Shown here piece after piece: positions 9,076 to 18,260 of a DNA stretch of 64,000 nt (position 1 is its first letter; each line of letters begins with the position of its first letter). This DNA comes from Acidimicrobiia bacterium (lineage in GTDB: Bacteria; Actinomycetota; Acidimicrobiia; Acidimicrobiales; JANYDT01). Below the pieces are notes generated by a model. The model saw only the letters and a program-made list of their open reading frames with translations, ran no database searches and was not told where the DNA came from. The stretch is from assembly GCA_031429095.1 (NCBI GenBank), contig JANOYY010000091.1, forward strand, positions 9,370 to 73,369, in the 5' to 3' direction. The position numbers were made by a program, and so were the translations under genes.

Positions 9076-10149
9076 ATGTCTGTTCAAGATCCCCACTCCT
9101 CGACACCGACCTGGTCCCGCCGCACTCTTGCCGTGACCTCGGGACGCCCGCAAGGTGCCGGGCAGCCTCTCAATACGCCGATCATGCTGGCGTCGAATTT
9201 TCGTGAGAGCGATAACTACTCACGAACGCATGGGGTCGGGGGTTGGATCGCATTCGAAGAGGCGATTGGGGCCATTGAAGGTGGTCGCGCCGTTTCCTAC
9301 GCAAGCGGAATGGCCGCGGCCTCAGCTGTCCTCCACGCATTCGTGCCCCGCGTGCTGGTATTGCCGGTTGTCAGCTACATGGGTGTTCGTATTCTGGTGA
9401 ACGATTCAGTAGCTGCGCAACACATTGAAGTGCGGCCTGTCGATATCACCGACAGTGCAGCGGTGCTCGCCGCATCGGAGGGCGCCGACCTCGTATGGCT
9501 GGAGTCGCCTACGAATCCGACGCTCGACGTCGCAGATCTCAGGGTACTCTGCGAAACCCTACGTGAACGTAAGGTGCCGGTCGTCGTTGATTCAACCTTT
9601 TCAACACCGCTTGGGCAGCAGCCCCTCGAACTCGGTGCATCGGTCGTGTTGCATTCAGCCACGAAGTTCATTGGCGGTCACAGTGACCTTTTGCTAGGTG
9701 TACTTATTACATCCGACGACGAGATCTACGAGAAGCTGTTCCACGCTCGCACCTATGCGGGGGCGACTCCCGGTGCATTGGAGTCTTTTCTGGCGTTGCG
9801 TGGGTTGCGGACGATGGCGCTTCGTTACGACGCCGGAAGCAAGTCCGCTGTCGAGTTAGCGAATCGCTTGGGAAGCCATGGCGACGTTGCGTCGGTGCGC
9901 CAGATTGGTCCGATGATGGCTTTCACTATGAGAGGTGGTGCTGCGGCGGCTGACCTGGTTTGTTCGTCGGTGCAACTTCTCGTTTCCGCTACGAGTCTCG
10001 GGGGCGTCGAGACTACCCTCGAACGGCGTCAGAAATACGTGGGCGATGCCCATGTGGACCCGGGCCTCATCCGGATGAGCGTCGGAATCGAAGACGTCGA
10101 AGATATTTGGGCGGATCTGTCGCGCAGCCTCGATATCGCCGGGGGCTGA
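9076..10149 (+). CDS. Cys/Met-metabolism PLP enzyme (cystathionine gamma-synthase/lyase family)
   Basis: 357 aa. PLP-lysine motif SATKFIGGHSD and family-typical C-terminus IRMSVGIED. Confidence 0.85.
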   Translation: MSVQDPHSSTPTWSRRTLAVTSGRPQGAGQPLNTPIMLASNFRESDNYSRTHGVGGWIAFEEAIGAIEGGRAVSYASGMAAASAVLHAFVPRVLVLPVVSYMGVRILVNDSVAAQHIEVRPVDITDSAAVLAASEGADLVWLESPTNPTLDVADLRVLCETLRERKVPVVVDSTFSTPLGQQPLELGASVVLHSATKFIGGHSDLLLGVLITSDDEIYEKLFHARTYAGATPGALESFLALRGLRTMALRYDAGSKSAVELANRLGSHGDVASVRQIGPMMAFTMRGGAAAADLVCSSVQLLVSATSLGGVETTLERRQKYVGDAHVDPGLIRMSVGIEDVEDIWADLSRSLDIAGG

Positions 10150-10289
10150 CCGCGACATTGGATGAATCCGATGCTTGATTGGAACGCTGTGGATTCGTGG
10201 TCTAACGGAATTGCATTTTCCGCCGGGGAGGCTCCGGTGGCGGGAACGCAGCAGTGGCGGGATCGGGCTGCGTCTGGAAGTCTTGACAC

Positions 10290-11324
10290 GTGAGCGAATC
10301 CAAACCAAACAATCGGGCGCAAACGTGGCTTCCTCTGGTGCATGAGGAAGTAGTCGACGCAGATCAACGGATCGTCGACCCTCATCACCACCTGTGGGAC
10401 CACCGAGGCAGCGCGGGCTTTCAACCGGTCTATCTTCTCGACGAATTGCATGCCGACACCGGAAGCGGCCATCGGGTCGAGGCAACCGTGTTCGTGGAGT
10501 GCGGATGGTCGTATCGCAACGAGGGGCCAGCGGAATTTCGAGAGGTGGGCGAAACTGAGTTTGTTGCCGCCGAAGCCGCTCGATCGCGTGAACGGGTCGG
10601 TCAGGCGCGAATCGCCGCGATTGTCGCTGCTTGCGACCTGTCCATGGGAGCGCCCCTGGCTTCAGTCCTCGATGCCCATGAACAAGCCGGTGCTGGATTG
10701 TTTCGTGGGATTCGTCACCGCTTGGCCTTCGACCGCACCGACTCGGCACGGACGGGAGCGGTCGAGCCGAATATTGAGGGTCTTATGGGCACCGACGAGT
10801 TCCGGGCCGGTGTCGCAGCACTGGGCGCTCGCGGCCTTAGCTTCGATGCGTGGCTCTATCACATGCAGTTGCCGGAGCTTGTGGCGATGGCTCGGGCGGT
10901 GCCCGACACCACAATCGTTCTCGACCACATCGGCGCGCCCCTCGGCATCGGTGCGTATGCAGGGAGGTGGGAGGAGATCCATTCGCAGTGGCGCGCAGAC
11001 CTCGCCGATCTCGCGACGTGCCCCAACGTCGCGGTAAAGGTTGGCGGGATTGGTATGCAAACATATGGAAGTGGCTACTACAAGCGTGATCTACCGCCGA
11101 CGTCGGATCAGCTGGTAGCCGACTGGGGCCAAGAAATGCGGTACATCATCGACCGCTTCGGTCCGTCTCGATGCATGTTCGAATCGAACTTCCCGGTCGA
11201 CAAGGTGTCGTTTTCCTATCGAGTGATGTGGAACGCGTACAAGAAGATGGCGGCGTCGTACTCGGACGACGAGCGGCAGTCGTTGTTCGCAGGGACAGCA
11301 GAGCGGATCTACCGGATCAGCTGA
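10290..11324 (+). CDS. Amidohydrolase-2 family metal-dependent hydrolase
   Basis: 344 aa, GTG start. Motif IVDPHHHLWD near the N-terminus and the C-terminal pattern FESNFPVD. The 3' end overlaps the convergent gene by 8 nt. Confidence 0.8.
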   Translation: MSESKPNNRAQTWLPLVHEEVVDADQRIVDPHHHLWDHRGSAGFQPVYLLDELHADTGSGHRVEATVFVECGWSYRNEGPAEFREVGETEFVAAEAARSRERVGQARIAAIVAACDLSMGAPLASVLDAHEQAGAGLFRGIRHRLAFDRTDSARTGAVEPNIEGLMGTDEFRAGVAALGARGLSFDAWLYHMQLPELVAMARAVPDTTIVLDHIGAPLGIGAYAGRWEEIHSQWRADLADLATCPNVAVKVGGIGMQTYGSGYYKRDLPPTSDQLVADWGQEMRYIIDRFGPSRCMFESNFPVDKVSFSYRVMWNAYKKMAASYSDDERQSLFAGTAERIYRIS

Positions 11325-12951
11325 TCGGTCTTTCGCGGCCAAGTTGTTCGCGGGCTAGCGCCTTCAGCGTCGCGTAGTCAACCTTGCCCGAAGGCGCCCG
11401 GTTGATCGACTCGACCTGCACGACATCCTTCGGGGCCTTGTATCCGGCGAGGTGTGCCTTGACATGTTCGATCAATGAGGAGCTGTCGACGGCGTCGATG
11501 CCGGCGCGTGGTTCGACGACGGCGCAGACCGTCTCTCCGAATCGAGGATCGGGGATGCCGACGCAAACGGCGTCGCGGACGTGGGGGTGTCGCTTGAGGA
11601 CTTCTTCGACTTCCTCCACGAATACCTTCTCCCCCGCGGTGTTGATACACACTGACCCTCGACCGAGTAGACGTAACGTACCGTCGGCATCGACCGACGC
11701 AAAGTCGCCAGGCACCGACCATCGTTTGCCGTTGATGGTGCGGAATGTCTCGGCGGTCTTCTTGTCATCCTTGTAATACCCGTCGGGCATCGGTCCACCG
11801 AACGCAGCAAGACCGATCGCACCGGACCCAGGGATGACAAAACTGCCATCTTCGGTGATGACCTGGGCAAGCTCGCCAACCCGGAATGCAGCGGTATCGG
11901 CGATCGCTCCTTTGGTGGACGTCGACGAGCCCATGCCAGCCGCCTCGGTGGACCCAAAGACATCGAGCAGCACGACGTCATCGCGAAGATGCGGCATCAT
12001 CGCCGTCTTCACCTCCCGACTCCACATCACACCGGCTGAATAGATGACCCTTAGCGTGCCAAGTTTCCAGCGACCGGGATTGGCCTCGAGCTCGGCGACG
12101 AGGGGTCGAGCGAACGCGTCGCCGACGATAGTGATCCAGTTGACTCCGAGTCGGTCGACCTCGCTCCAGAGGTACGCCGGGTCGAAGCGGGTCTTGTCAA
12201 GCAACACAATCGTTGCTCCCAGCGACAGCATGCCGTAGGCGTTCCCGAGGGCGGTTGCATGCATGAGGGGGCACGCTTCCATAACGATGGGGGAATCAGT
12301 ACGTGTACGGACTGATTCCCCGTGCGCCTCCAACGACGCTGACCCGGGAATGCCGAGCACCGCGTTGCCGCCATTGCCCATCACCCGAAACAGTTCGTGA
12401 TGCGGCCACATCACGCCCTTCGGCAGGCCGGTGGTTCCGCCCGTGTAGGTCATGATCACGTCGCTGCCCGAGCGCGACCATGGAATCGATGGTGCGGAGT
12501 CTGCCCCGGGGCCTGTCACAGACTCATAAGGAACGGCCCACTCGGGCGGGTTTGGGCCAACGCCATACCACCGGCGTACCCGCGGCAGCCGAGCACGAAC
12601 GGTCTCCACGACGGAGGTGAATGTCGTGTCGAACACCACCGCCTCGGCATCGGCGTTGTCGAAAAGGTACGTGATTTCCTCCGCCCCGTAGCGATAGTTG
12701 GTGTTCACCGGCCACATCGAGACCTTCGTGGCCGCGAAATAGGTTTCCAGGTACTCCGGCGAGTTGAACAGATACGCGGCAACTTTCGCAGATTTGCCGA
12801 GGCCCGCCGCGACGAGGTCCGCGGCGAGCGCGTTGGATCGCCGATTGAAGTCGCGCCACGTGAGCTGTCGTGGACCACACAGTACGGCGACTCGGTCCGG
12901 CACCGCCGCAGCAACAGTCTCGAACACATCGGCGAATTGAAAATCGACCAT
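11317..12951 (-). CDS. AMP-dependent acyl-CoA synthetase (FadD-like)
   Basis: Inside ORF 11317..13185. Start moved to ATG 12951 (MVDFQFADVFETVAA). AMP-binding motif YTGGTTGLPKGV. Paralog of 50861..52591. Confidence 0.85.
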   Translation of the reverse strand: MVDFQFADVFETVAAAVPDRVAVLCGPRQLTWRDFNRRSNALAADLVAAGLGKSAKVAAYLFNSPEYLETYFAATKVSMWPVNTNYRYGAEEITYLFDNADAEAVVFDTTFTSVVETVRARLPRVRRWYGVGPNPPEWAVPYESVTGPGADSAPSIPWSRSGSDVIMTYTGGTTGLPKGVMWPHHELFRVMGNGGNAVLGIPGSASLEAHGESVRTRTDSPIVMEACPLMHATALGNAYGMLSLGATIVLLDKTRFDPAYLWSEVDRLGVNWITIVGDAFARPLVAELEANPGRWKLGTLRVIYSAGVMWSREVKTAMMPHLRDDVVLLDVFGSTEAAGMGSSTSTKGAIADTAAFRVGELAQVITEDGSFVIPGSGAIGLAAFGGPMPDGYYKDDKKTAETFRTINGKRWSVPGDFASVDADGTLRLLGRGSVCINTAGEKVFVEEVEEVLKRHPHVRDAVCVGIPDPRFGETVCAVVEPRAGIDAVDSSSLIEHVKAHLAGYKAPKDVVQVESINRAPSGKVDYATLKALAREQLGRERPIS

Positions 12952-13163
12952 GTCCGACGGTACCCGAAACGTCCTCTCCCACGCCGCATCCCGGACTTGT
13001 CCTTCGTCTCTACGACCCAGCCTTCCTCGCCCTCGAGTTGCTTCGGATTGGCACGCTTTCAGCCTCCACGCTGAACGGCCAGTGTTTCTGCTTCGAAGAC
13101 ATTCTGGCTCTTTTGCAAGCTGACCTGCCATACTGACCCGATTGTCGTTGGGAGAACACGAAC

Positions 13164-14909
13164 ATGACGAAACCATCGCGGTCAACGAGAACTGAACGAG
13201 TGCGCAAACCTACCGAGTACTACGAGCGGATCAAGGAAAAGTTCGCGGAAGCGCGAGACCTGAGACTCTCGTACCGCCCGGAAGGGACAGCGCAATATCT
13301 CACCGACCTCACCGGGGATTTGGCGCAATACGAGTCCGATCCCTATGGCGGGGAAGTCGTGGAGCGTGCGCCCATCGATGACTGCGTCGAAGTGCTGTTC
13401 ATCGGCGGTGGATTCTCGGCGCTTTTGACGTCGGCGAGACTGCGCGAGGTCGGCGTTGAATCGATTCGAATTGTCGAACGGGGGGCCGACGTCGGCGGTA
13501 CCTGGTACTGGAACCGTTATCCAGGAGTGGCCTGCGACGTGGTGGCCTACGACTATCTGCCGCTGCTCGATGAGATGCAGTACGTTCCGACCCGGCACTA
13601 CGCCCGCGGCGACGAGATCTTCAATCATTGCAAGGCGATTGCTACCAAATACAACCTGTATGAGTTGGCGGTCTTCCAGACAACAGTGACGTCAACCACC
13701 TGGAACGCCGCCGATCAGCTCTGGCACCTCACGACTGACCGCGGCGATGATATGCGCGCGAAGTTTGTTGTTTGTGCGAATGGGACGCTGACCAAGCCAA
13801 AGCTCGCTCGCATCAGCGGCATGGAAACCTTCGCCGGTCATTCGTTTCACACGTCACGCTGGGACTTCGACTACACCGGGTCGGGTCTCACCAAACTCGG
13901 TGACAAAGTCGTGGGCATCATCGGTACCGGCGCTACAGCTGTGCAGGCGATTCCGCACCTAGGCGAAGAGGCCAAGGAGCTCTTCGTTTTCCAGCGGACG
14001 CCATCATCGATTGACGTCCGAGAGGACTGGGAAACCGATCCGAAGTGGGCGGCGACGTTGGAGCCGGGCTGGCAAGCCAAGCGGCGTCTGAAGGCCTTGA
14101 CGAATCCGCCCCTGTCCGCGATGCAGATCGAGAAGCGCGGGGACATGACAGCGGAGGAAAAGGTTCGCCGCCAGGAAATGGCCAACATCGACTACATGAT
14201 GCGGATTCATAAGCGTATAGAGGAAACCGTCGTAGACCCGACAACCGCCGAGGCCCTGAAGCCGTGGTACATGTTCATGTGCAAGCGTCCCTGCTTTCAC
14301 AACGAATACCTGCCGACATTCAACCGACCGAATGTCCACCTTATTGACACCAAGGGCGAGGGTATCAACGAGATCCGTGCGAATGGTCCAGTGTTCGATG
14401 GCAAGACCTACAAACTTGACCTCCTGATATACGCCACCGGATTTGAGGTGCAAAAGACCGGGACCTACAACAAGATCCTTGGACAGCATGGACTTGATCT
14501 CCACGAGAAATACCAGGATGGAGTGCGTACTGTGCTCGGCATTCACACCCATGGATATCCGAACATGTTCATCATGGGCGGGTACCAGGCATCGTTCAAC
14601 TTCAACTTGACCGACGTGCTGCAGGCCCAGGGCGACCACATTGCTGCGTGCATTGACTATGCACGCACGAATGGCCACGGCACTATGGACTGCACCGCCG
14701 AATCTGAGCAATGGTGGGTCGAAGAGGTGATCGCTCATCGCGGCAAGACATCACGCAACGCCGAGTGCACGCCCGGGTACTACAACTTCGAGGGCGAATT
14801 CAATCGTCGCCAGGACGGGAATTACAACGGAGGATTCCCGAAATACGGCGCGCACATGAAAGAGGTGCGTGCCGACATGGAAAAGCACTTCATTTTTTCG
14901 AAGGCCTAG
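13164..14909 (+). CDS. Baeyer-Villiger (type I flavin) monooxygenase
   Basis: 581 aa. FAD motif FIGGGFSAL, BVMO fingerprint FAGHSFHTSRWD (FxGxxxHxxxW[P/D]), and a second dinucleotide motif GIIGTGATAVQ. Confidence 0.9.
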   Translation: MTKPSRSTRTERVRKPTEYYERIKEKFAEARDLRLSYRPEGTAQYLTDLTGDLAQYESDPYGGEVVERAPIDDCVEVLFIGGGFSALLTSARLREVGVESIRIVERGADVGGTWYWNRYPGVACDVVAYDYLPLLDEMQYVPTRHYARGDEIFNHCKAIATKYNLYELAVFQTTVTSTTWNAADQLWHLTTDRGDDMRAKFVVCANGTLTKPKLARISGMETFAGHSFHTSRWDFDYTGSGLTKLGDKVVGIIGTGATAVQAIPHLGEEAKELFVFQRTPSSIDVREDWETDPKWAATLEPGWQAKRRLKALTNPPLSAMQIEKRGDMTAEEKVRRQEMANIDYMMRIHKRIEETVVDPTTAEALKPWYMFMCKRPCFHNEYLPTFNRPNVHLIDTKGEGINEIRANGPVFDGKTYKLDLLIYATGFEVQKTGTYNKILGQHGLDLHEKYQDGVRTVLGIHTHGYPNMFIMGGYQASFNFNLTDVLQAQGDHIAACIDYARTNGHGTMDCTAESEQWWVEEVIAHRGKTSRNAECTPGYYNFEGEFNRRQDGNYNGGFPKYGAHMKEVRADMEKHFIFSKA

Positions 14910-14941
14910 TTTTCAGGCGAGTTGACACGTCTCACGAAGTC

Positions 14942-15688
14942 TCAGTGGTGGATGCCCCCATCGACCACGAACTCCTGACCGGTGCAGTAACTCGATTCGT
15001 CGCTGGCCAGAAACAGAACCATGTTGGCAATATCGCGTGATACGCCCATACGGCCGAGCGAGATCGTTCGCTCCATCCGGGTCCGGATGTCGGCATTGCT
15101 GATGATGGGAGAGTCAGCAGTCATCGGGGTTTCGATAATGCCGGGGTGGACTGAGTTCACGCGAATACCATTGCGTCCCCACTCCTGAGCAGCAGTCTTC
15201 GTAAGTCCACGTACGGCCCACTTCGTACCACCGTATGCACCGTGAAGCTTTACGCCTTCCAGGCCGGCCACCGAACTGATGTTGATGATCGAACCTCTGG
15301 TATTGGTCTTGATCATGGCGGCAGCTGCCGTCTTCATACCTAGAAATACGCCGGTCTGATTGATGGCGATGATGTTGTTCCACTCGGCGATCGTCGTTTG
15401 ATCGAGGCGCTTGGTCATGTCGATTGCTGCATTGTTCACAAGAACGTCGAGGCGACCATGACGCTCGACGATGCCACTGACGACCGCGTCCCATTGAGAC
15501 TCCTCTCGGACGTCGAGATGGGCGTACTCCGTCCCTGGGATGCCAGCGGCAGTAGTTGTTCCTACGTCGTCGAGAACATCGGCCAGCACGACCGTCGCCC
15601 CCTCCGATGCAAACAGCTGACCTTCGTCGGCGCCTTGCCCGCGTGCGCCACCGGTGATCAAAACGACTTTGCCTTGGAGTCTGCTCAT
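14942..15688 (-). CDS. SDR (hydroxysteroid-dehydrogenase-like)
   Basis: Inside ORF 14942..15775. Start moved to ATG 15688 (MSRLQGKVVLITGGARGQG). Active-site region YGGTKWAV (YxxxK). Confidence 0.85.
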   Translation of the reverse strand: MSRLQGKVVLITGGARGQGADEGQLFASEGATVVLADVLDDVGTTTAAGIPGTEYAHLDVREESQWDAVVSGIVERHGRLDVLVNNAAIDMTKRLDQTTIAEWNNIIAINQTGVFLGMKTAAAAMIKTNTRGSIINISSVAGLEGVKLHGAYGGTKWAVRGLTKTAAQEWGRNGIRVNSVHPGIIETPMTADSPIISNADIRTRMERTISLGRMGVSRDIANMVLFLASDESSYCTGQEFVVDGGIHH

Positions 15689-15731
15689 GGTCGGATTCTG
15701 ACATGGACACTCCGCCTGGTGCACGTCCGCA

Positions 15732-16127
15732 TCAAGGCGTGGGTTTGGAACCTCGGCGTCGAAGCGTGACGACACGGTTCTTGACCCGCCACCCCTCTGG
15801 CGTTTTCACGACATCGTCGTAGTACGACGCCGTACCCACCAAGCCGCCACCGCGCAAAGCGACGATTCGGAAAAACATCTTCACGCCCGCCGGGGTCTCG
15901 TCCACATAGATGTTCGTCATCATGTGTGTCCGTGGGTGTTGCGCTTCGACGTCCATGAAGTGTTTGATCGCTCGAAGTCCGACCAGCATGGGTATACCGA
16001 GGTCAGTCAGGTCAAACGTCGCATCGGGCGTAAAGATTGCGTCGAGACCAGCCCAGTTACGATCATCTATAGCGTCGCCATAGCGTCCTGGTAACTCGTG
16101 GAGCTCAACACGGTCTGCGATGTCCAT
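15732..16127 (-). CDS. SnoaL-like / NTF2-fold protein
   Basis: C-terminal 131 aa of ORF 15732..16595, starting MDIADRVELHELPGRYGDAIDDRNW. Paralogous to 61733..62173. The upstream part of the long ORF is antisense to the SDR at 16249. Confidence 0.65.
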   Translation of the reverse strand: MDIADRVELHELPGRYGDAIDDRNWAGLDAIFTPDATFDLTDLGIPMLVGLRAIKHFMDVEAQHPRTHMMTNIYVDETPAGVKMFFRIVALRGGGLVGTASYYDDVVKTPEGWRVKNRVVTLRRRGSKPTP

Positions 16128-16248
16128 CGACGTATCCTCACTTGTGGGTCGTTGAATCGGGCGTTCTTCAAACAACCGAACTTGGCGGAGGATACGCATC
16201 CCGGTAGGGTCTCGCCAATTCGCCAGTTCTAACTCGTCAGGGGGATCC

Positions 16249-17124
16249 ATGGGTTTCGAACCGCAGGACAAGGTAGGAGTGATAACCGGTGCCGCCGGCG
16301 GAATTGGTCTCGGGATGGCCCGGGCCTTCGCCGAGGTGGGCATGAAGATCGTCATCGCCGACGTGGTCACCGACCGACTCGAAGCCTCCGCCACCCAATT
16401 GCGGTCCGACGGATTAGACGTTGTTGCGGTTGCGACAGACGTAACCAAACTGTCGAGCGTGCGGGCGCTCGCCGAGGCGACCATGGACACGTACGGTCGA
16501 GTGGACGTTTTGTGCAACAACGCCGGCGTGGCGATGTTCTCCACGATCACCGAGACGACCATCGAAGACTGGGAGTGGACGATGGCAATCAACATGTGGG
16601 GTCCGATCTACGGCGTGAAGACCTTCCTTCCACTTATCCAGCGCAACGCAGAGCCCGGCCATATCAACTCCACGGCATCGATCTCGGGATTGGTGGCGGG
16701 GGGAGCTGTTGCGCCGTACAACGTGACCAAGCACGGGGTTGTCGCGTTGATGGCGACGCTGGAGCGCGAGCTACGTTCGGCAAAATCGCCGCACCGAGCC
16801 TCGGTGTTGTGCCCTGGTCCTATCAACACCGAAATTGGTCGAAACAGCGTGCGCTCCCGACGGACGGCGTCTGCATTTACGTCCCAGGGGGCCGCTCGGC
16901 CGGACCGTGCAACGGGCTCCGAGAAAGGGCAGAAGCTCGGCGACAAAATGAGCGGCGCGCTTACTTCTGGAATGGATCCGTATCAAGTTGGAAAGATCGT
17001 TCTCGATGCGATTCTCAACGATCGGTTCTGGATTTTCACGCATAAGGGCCTTTTGAGGTTTGTACGTGAGCAGTTCGACCTCATGGAGTCGAGTGACCTG
17101 CTGACGCGAGGGAAACTCCTATGA
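16249..17124 (+). CDS. SDR
   Basis: 291 aa. Rossmann motif VGVITGAAGGIGLG and active-site region YNVTKHGV (YxxxK). Confidence 0.85.
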   Translation: MGFEPQDKVGVITGAAGGIGLGMARAFAEVGMKIVIADVVTDRLEASATQLRSDGLDVVAVATDVTKLSSVRALAEATMDTYGRVDVLCNNAGVAMFSTITETTIEDWEWTMAINMWGPIYGVKTFLPLIQRNAEPGHINSTASISGLVAGGAVAPYNVTKHGVVALMATLERELRSAKSPHRASVLCPGPINTEIGRNSVRSRRTASAFTSQGAARPDRATGSEKGQKLGDKMSGALTSGMDPYQVGKIVLDAILNDRFWIFTHKGLLRFVREQFDLMESSDLLTRGKLL

Positions 17125-17333
17125 GCACACACGGTGGGCCACTTTCGGGTCTTCTCGCCGGAGGTTTCAAGTGGGTCTGGACGAGGGTCAATCGGGCCGG
17201 CTCGGGGGCGATGCCGTCCGACGCCGAGCTGTGATTGCGCAGCACCGCAAAGGACCGTAGGGGCGGCATGCGCCTCGCAAACGTGACAAAGTGGTCCAGG
17301 GTACTTGCCGGTACTGAGCAAAACCAGCGAAAC

Positions 17334-17378
17334 CACGAACAACGACGAATCACGAACAACGACGAATCACGAACAACA
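17334..17378. repeat. Perfect 17-bp tandem repeat, 2.6 copies (CACGAACAACGACGAAT)
   Basis: Read directly: 17334-17350 and 17351-17367 are identical, and 17368-17378 is a partial third copy. It lies immediately 5' of the permease-remnant ORF. Confidence 0.95.
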
Positions 17379-17395
17379 GAGTGAGGTCACGCCAC

Positions 17396-17800
17396 ATGGC
17401 GACGATTGAGGTCCAACAAGCGGAATCATCGGGCACCAAGGGCCTGAAAGGAGGATCGCTCGGACTACTCGCGGTCATCGTTATCGGGGTTGCGTCAACT
17501 GCCCCTGGATACAGCCTCGCCGCAAGTATCTACGTTTTCGCCAAGACGGTCTGGGACGCCCGCAGCACCGACTACGGCTACGGGACGCTGTTTGGGGTAG
17601 GAACCGTGCTTGTCATCGGCACCCTCCTCCTTGCTATCGGGGTGCCATTGATGTTGTGGTGTTCGAAGCGCTACCCGAAATTCTTCACCTATCGTCCCGA
17701 CCCGGTGGATCTGGTCAAGGATCCGAACAGCACCGATACGCTTGCTGCGCCACTCGGTACGTACACAAACGAACTCGCGACCCGAGGGAAGGGAAGGTAG
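17396..17800 (+). pseudogene. Internally collapsed APC-family amino-acid permease (N-terminal TM1 fused to the C-terminal end)
   Basis: 134 aa from ATG 17396. GLKGGSLGLLAVIVIGVASTAPGYSLAASI looks like an APC permease TM1. It is followed directly by ...YGYGTLFGVGTVLVIGTLLLAIGVPLMLWCSKRYPKFFTYRPDP, which looks like the last TM and cytoplasmic tail. Normal family members are about 450-500 aa. Confidence 0.5.
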
Positions 17801-17802
17801 CC

Positions 17803-18246
17803 ATGGCCGGAGAATTTGTGGTCGGAGTCGGGGGAAGCGGAAGTGGATTCGAGGCCGCACGCGCCGCAGCAAAAATGGCAAGTGCACTTGCGGTTCCGCT
17901 CGTCATCGTGTTCGGGTGCGAGTCGTCCACCCTGGCGCCTCGAGGTGGCCCGCCAGAAGAACGGATTGCCGAGATCGGTGAAGAAGCGGTCGCTCAGATC
18001 CAAACCGAACGAACACAAGACTTTCCCGGACTCCGGATCGAAGTGGAGATGGTCGCGCAACGACCAGCCGATGCGCTCATCGCCGTGGCCGAAGCGCGCG
18101 CTGCCGATGTCATCGCAGTTGGTCACGGGGGACAGGGCCCATTGCGCGCAGCGCTCCTGGGCAGCGTCACCTACGAGATGGTGCACCGCTCACCCATCCC
18201 AATACTCGTCGCGCCTGACGACGAGGACGATCAGGTCGAGCCCTAG
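17803..18246 (+). CDS. Universal stress protein (UspA family)
   Basis: ATG 17803 lies 2 nt after the upstream stop. Usp ATP-binding motif GHGGQGPLRAALLGSVTYEMVHRSPIPILV. Confidence 0.85.
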   Translation: MAGEFVVGVGGSGSGFEAARAAAKMASALAVPLVIVFGCESSTLAPRGGPPEERIAEIGEEAVAQIQTERTQDFPGLRIEVEMVAQRPADALIAVAEARAADVIAVGHGGQGPLRAALLGSVTYEMVHRSPIPILVAPDDEDDQVEP

Positions 18247-18260
18247 CAGCGGAGGTCGTC

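Noticed and set aside
10197-10262. tRNA-like D-loop string (GTGGTCTAACGG), the direct repeat GTGGCGGGA x2 (10237 and 10254) and small hairpins in the gap before the amidohydrolase gene
   Set aside because: I could not build an acceptor stem, an anticodon arm or a GTTCGAATC-type T-loop. The stems are only 4-6 bp in GC-rich DNA. I treat it as ordinary intergenic sequence.
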